NCBI GenBank assembly: GCA_963832025.1
Contig: CAWHSF010000004.1
Coordinates: 1 to 41,330, forward strand
Direction of reading: 5' to 3'
DNA from: Candidatus Nomurabacteria bacterium
Lineage (GTDB): Bacteria; Patescibacteriota; Minisyncoccia; Phycocordibacterales; UBA9973
DNA length: 41,330 bases
Shown here piece by piece: positions 39,794 to 41,330 of this stretch; position 1 is the first letter of the stretch; the number at the start of each line of letters is the position of its first letter. The notes beneath the pieces are model-generated. The model saw nothing but the letters and a program-made list of their open reading frames with translations. It made no database searches and had not been told where the DNA came from. A program made the position numbers and the translations under genes.

Positions 39794-40967
39794 ATGAAAA
39801 CATATCTTTCTTTTATCGAGCTGTCAAAGAAAAATTTAATTCATAATATTAAGGAGTTTAAAAGTTTAGCTAAAAAAGGAACAAAATTTTCCGTAGCTGT
39901 CAAAGGAAACGCTTACGGTCATGGACAAAATGAAATAGCTGAAATACTTGAACCCTATGTCGAATATTTTCAAATTAACAGTGTGGAGGAATTGGAATTG
40001 TTGCGAAAAGTCAGCAAAAAAGACACTTTGATGTTGGGCTATGTACAAGATTCCGATCTTAAACGCGCAATTAAATTAAAATGTATTTTTTCTATTTTTT
40101 CAATCAAAGAATTACAAAAAATAAATAATCTTGCACAGCAATTGAAAATTGTACAAAAAATTCATATTCCGGTGGATGCATATTTAGGCAGAGAAGGTTT
40201 TTTGTTAAAAGAATTGCCGAAAGTTTTTACAGAAATTAAAAAATGTAAATTTATAAAATTGAACGGTATTTATGCACACTTCGCAAACATTGAAGACACC
40301 CGCCCGACTGAACAGTCGTTCGGGCGGGTGCTCTGATTTTTCTCATGCACAAAAACAAATCACAGAGTATGAAAAAGCAGTTGAGTTGGCGGGAAAATTT
40401 GGTTTTGATGGTCTAGAGACTCATATTTCGGCGACTTCCGGACTTTTGGTCTATGAAAAAAATTCTGGAGTTCATCCACTTATACGTCTCGGTATCGGTG
40501 TCTATGGTATGTGGCCGTCAAAACATTTACAAAAAATGTATGAAAAAAATAGAAAATTGAAATTTATTTTAAAACCCGTGTTGTCTTGGAAAACAAAAAT
40601 TGCACAGATAAAAATCTTACCAAAAGGGAATACTATTGGCTACGGATTGACCTATAAAACCAAAAAAGAAACTAAAGTTGCCATCATTCCGCAAGGTTAT
40701 GCCGATGGTTTTCCTCGCTCATTGTCCAACAAAGGCGAAGTTTTAATAAGAGGAACTCGATGCAAAATATTAGGGCGGGTGATGATGAATATGTTTGTGG
40801 TGGACGTCAGTCACTTAAAAAATGTCCAGACAGAAGACGAGGTTGTAATCTTGGGCACTCAAGGAAGGGAACAAATTACCGCTGAAGAGATAGCCGAAAA
40901 GGCGTATACAATCAATTATGAAATTACCACTAGGATAAGTTCTCTATTACCTAGAATAATTAAATAA
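39794..40967 (+). pseudogene. alr: Alanine racemase, a single frame change located at palindrome C2
   Basis: SVAVKGNAYGHG (PLP-Lys motif)...GIYAHFANIEDT [element] SDFSHAQKQITEYEKAVE...IGYGLTY...PQGYADG...ILGRVMMNMFVVDV. Confidence 0.8.
40297..40330 (+). repeat. GC hairpin family C, copy C2 (inside alr)
   Basis: cacccgcccga ctgaacagtcgt tcgggcgggtg (11-bp perfect stem). Shares cccgac(c/t)gaac(g/a)gtcgttcgggcggg with C1. Confidence 0.7.
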
Positions 40968-40978
40968 GAAAGGGCCTG

Positions 40979-41008
40979 CCCCGCACCAAGCTTTGCTTTG
41001 GTTCGGGG
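40979..41008 (+). terminator. Hairpin after alr
   Basis: ccccgcaccaag ctttg ctttggttcgggg followed by ttgcaattt. Confidence 0.45.
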
Positions 41009-41042
41009 TTGCAATTTAAGCATTTTTATATTAATCTGTATC

Positions 41043-41201
41043 TATGTCACAAGATAGACTTATAAAACTTGCCTGCGGAACCTGCAAGCGCATAAATTAC
41101 TGGTCCAGCAAAAACAAGAAACTCGTTACCAAAAAAATCGAGCTCAAAAAATATTGCAAATGGTGTCGAAAGCAGACCAAGCACAAGGAAATCAAGAAGT
41201 A
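41043..41201 (+). CDS. rpmG: 50S ribosomal protein L33
   Basis: MSQDRLIKLACGTCKRINYWSSKNKKLVTKKIELKKYCKWCRKQTKHKEIKK (52 aa, below the ORF-track cutoff). CxxC...CxxC ribbon. Confidence 0.85.
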
Positions 41202-41232
41202 ATAGATTTTCCTGGCTTTTCTGCTATACTTT

Positions 41233-41255
41233 AAACGACTAATGGTCGTTTTTTG
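41233..41255 (+). terminator. Intrinsic terminator after rpmG
   Basis: aaacgac taatg gtcgttt tttg. Confidence 0.6.
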
Positions 41256-41262
41256 TTATTTA

Positions 41263-41330
41263 GGGCGATTAGTTAAGTGGTATAACTTCGGTCTCCAAAA
41301 CCGATGTCGGGGGTCCGATTCCCTCATCGC
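41263..41330 (+). tRNA. tRNA-Trp (anticodon CCA), 3' end cut by the window edge
   Basis: gggcgat ta gttaagtggtataac ttcgg tct-CCA-aa accga tgtc gggggtccgattccctc atcgc. The rpmG then tRNA-Trp order is common. Confidence 0.85.

Overview
The window joins two very different genomic contexts. Positions 1 to about 7,990 are GC-rich (about 52-55% on the few 60-nt lines I hand-counted). They carry a diderm-type gene set: a TolC-like outer-membrane factor, two tandem paralogous beta-barrel OMPs, an App1-like phosphatase and an RlmI-like methyltransferase. Nearly every one of these genes has frame breaks. From about 8,000 to the end the sequence is AT-rich (about 37-40% in conserved genes, lower between genes). 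It is a compact, mostly plus-strand housekeeping string typical of a reduced CPR/Patescibacteria-like genome: yqeY, dedA-like, MYG1, obg, gatB, class I fba, NUDIX, a Cys-rich zinc-ribbon protein, an FAD oxidase, rplY, a murein hydrolase, rpmE, prfA, an RRM protein, tRNA-Ile, a complete F1Fo atp operon, rsmI, priA, mreB, holB, frr, rseP, an M24 peptidase, a tandem ddl-ddl fusion, alr, rpmG and tRNA-Trp. The most unusual signal is a set of at least six families of small GC-rich palindromic (hairpin) elements in the AT-rich part. Several lie inside protein-coding genes in frame (FAD oxidase twice, holB, rsmI, atpH, atpD). Two lie exactly at frame changes (M24 peptidase, alr). Others fill intergenic gaps directly after stop codons. 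This resembles Rickettsia palindromic elements in a CPR-like background. Other notable points: a composition and gene-content break at about 8.0 kb inside a truncated yqeY; two small GC-rich islands around the RRM gene and tRNA-Ile (a strongly signalled 53-aa membrane peptide, and an HTH gene next to a truncated ABC ATPase); a PriA lacking a Walker A motif; a double Ddl; and indel-type frame breaks that cluster in some genes while neighbouring long ORFs are clean. No CRISPR array, rRNA, transposase or integrase was seen.
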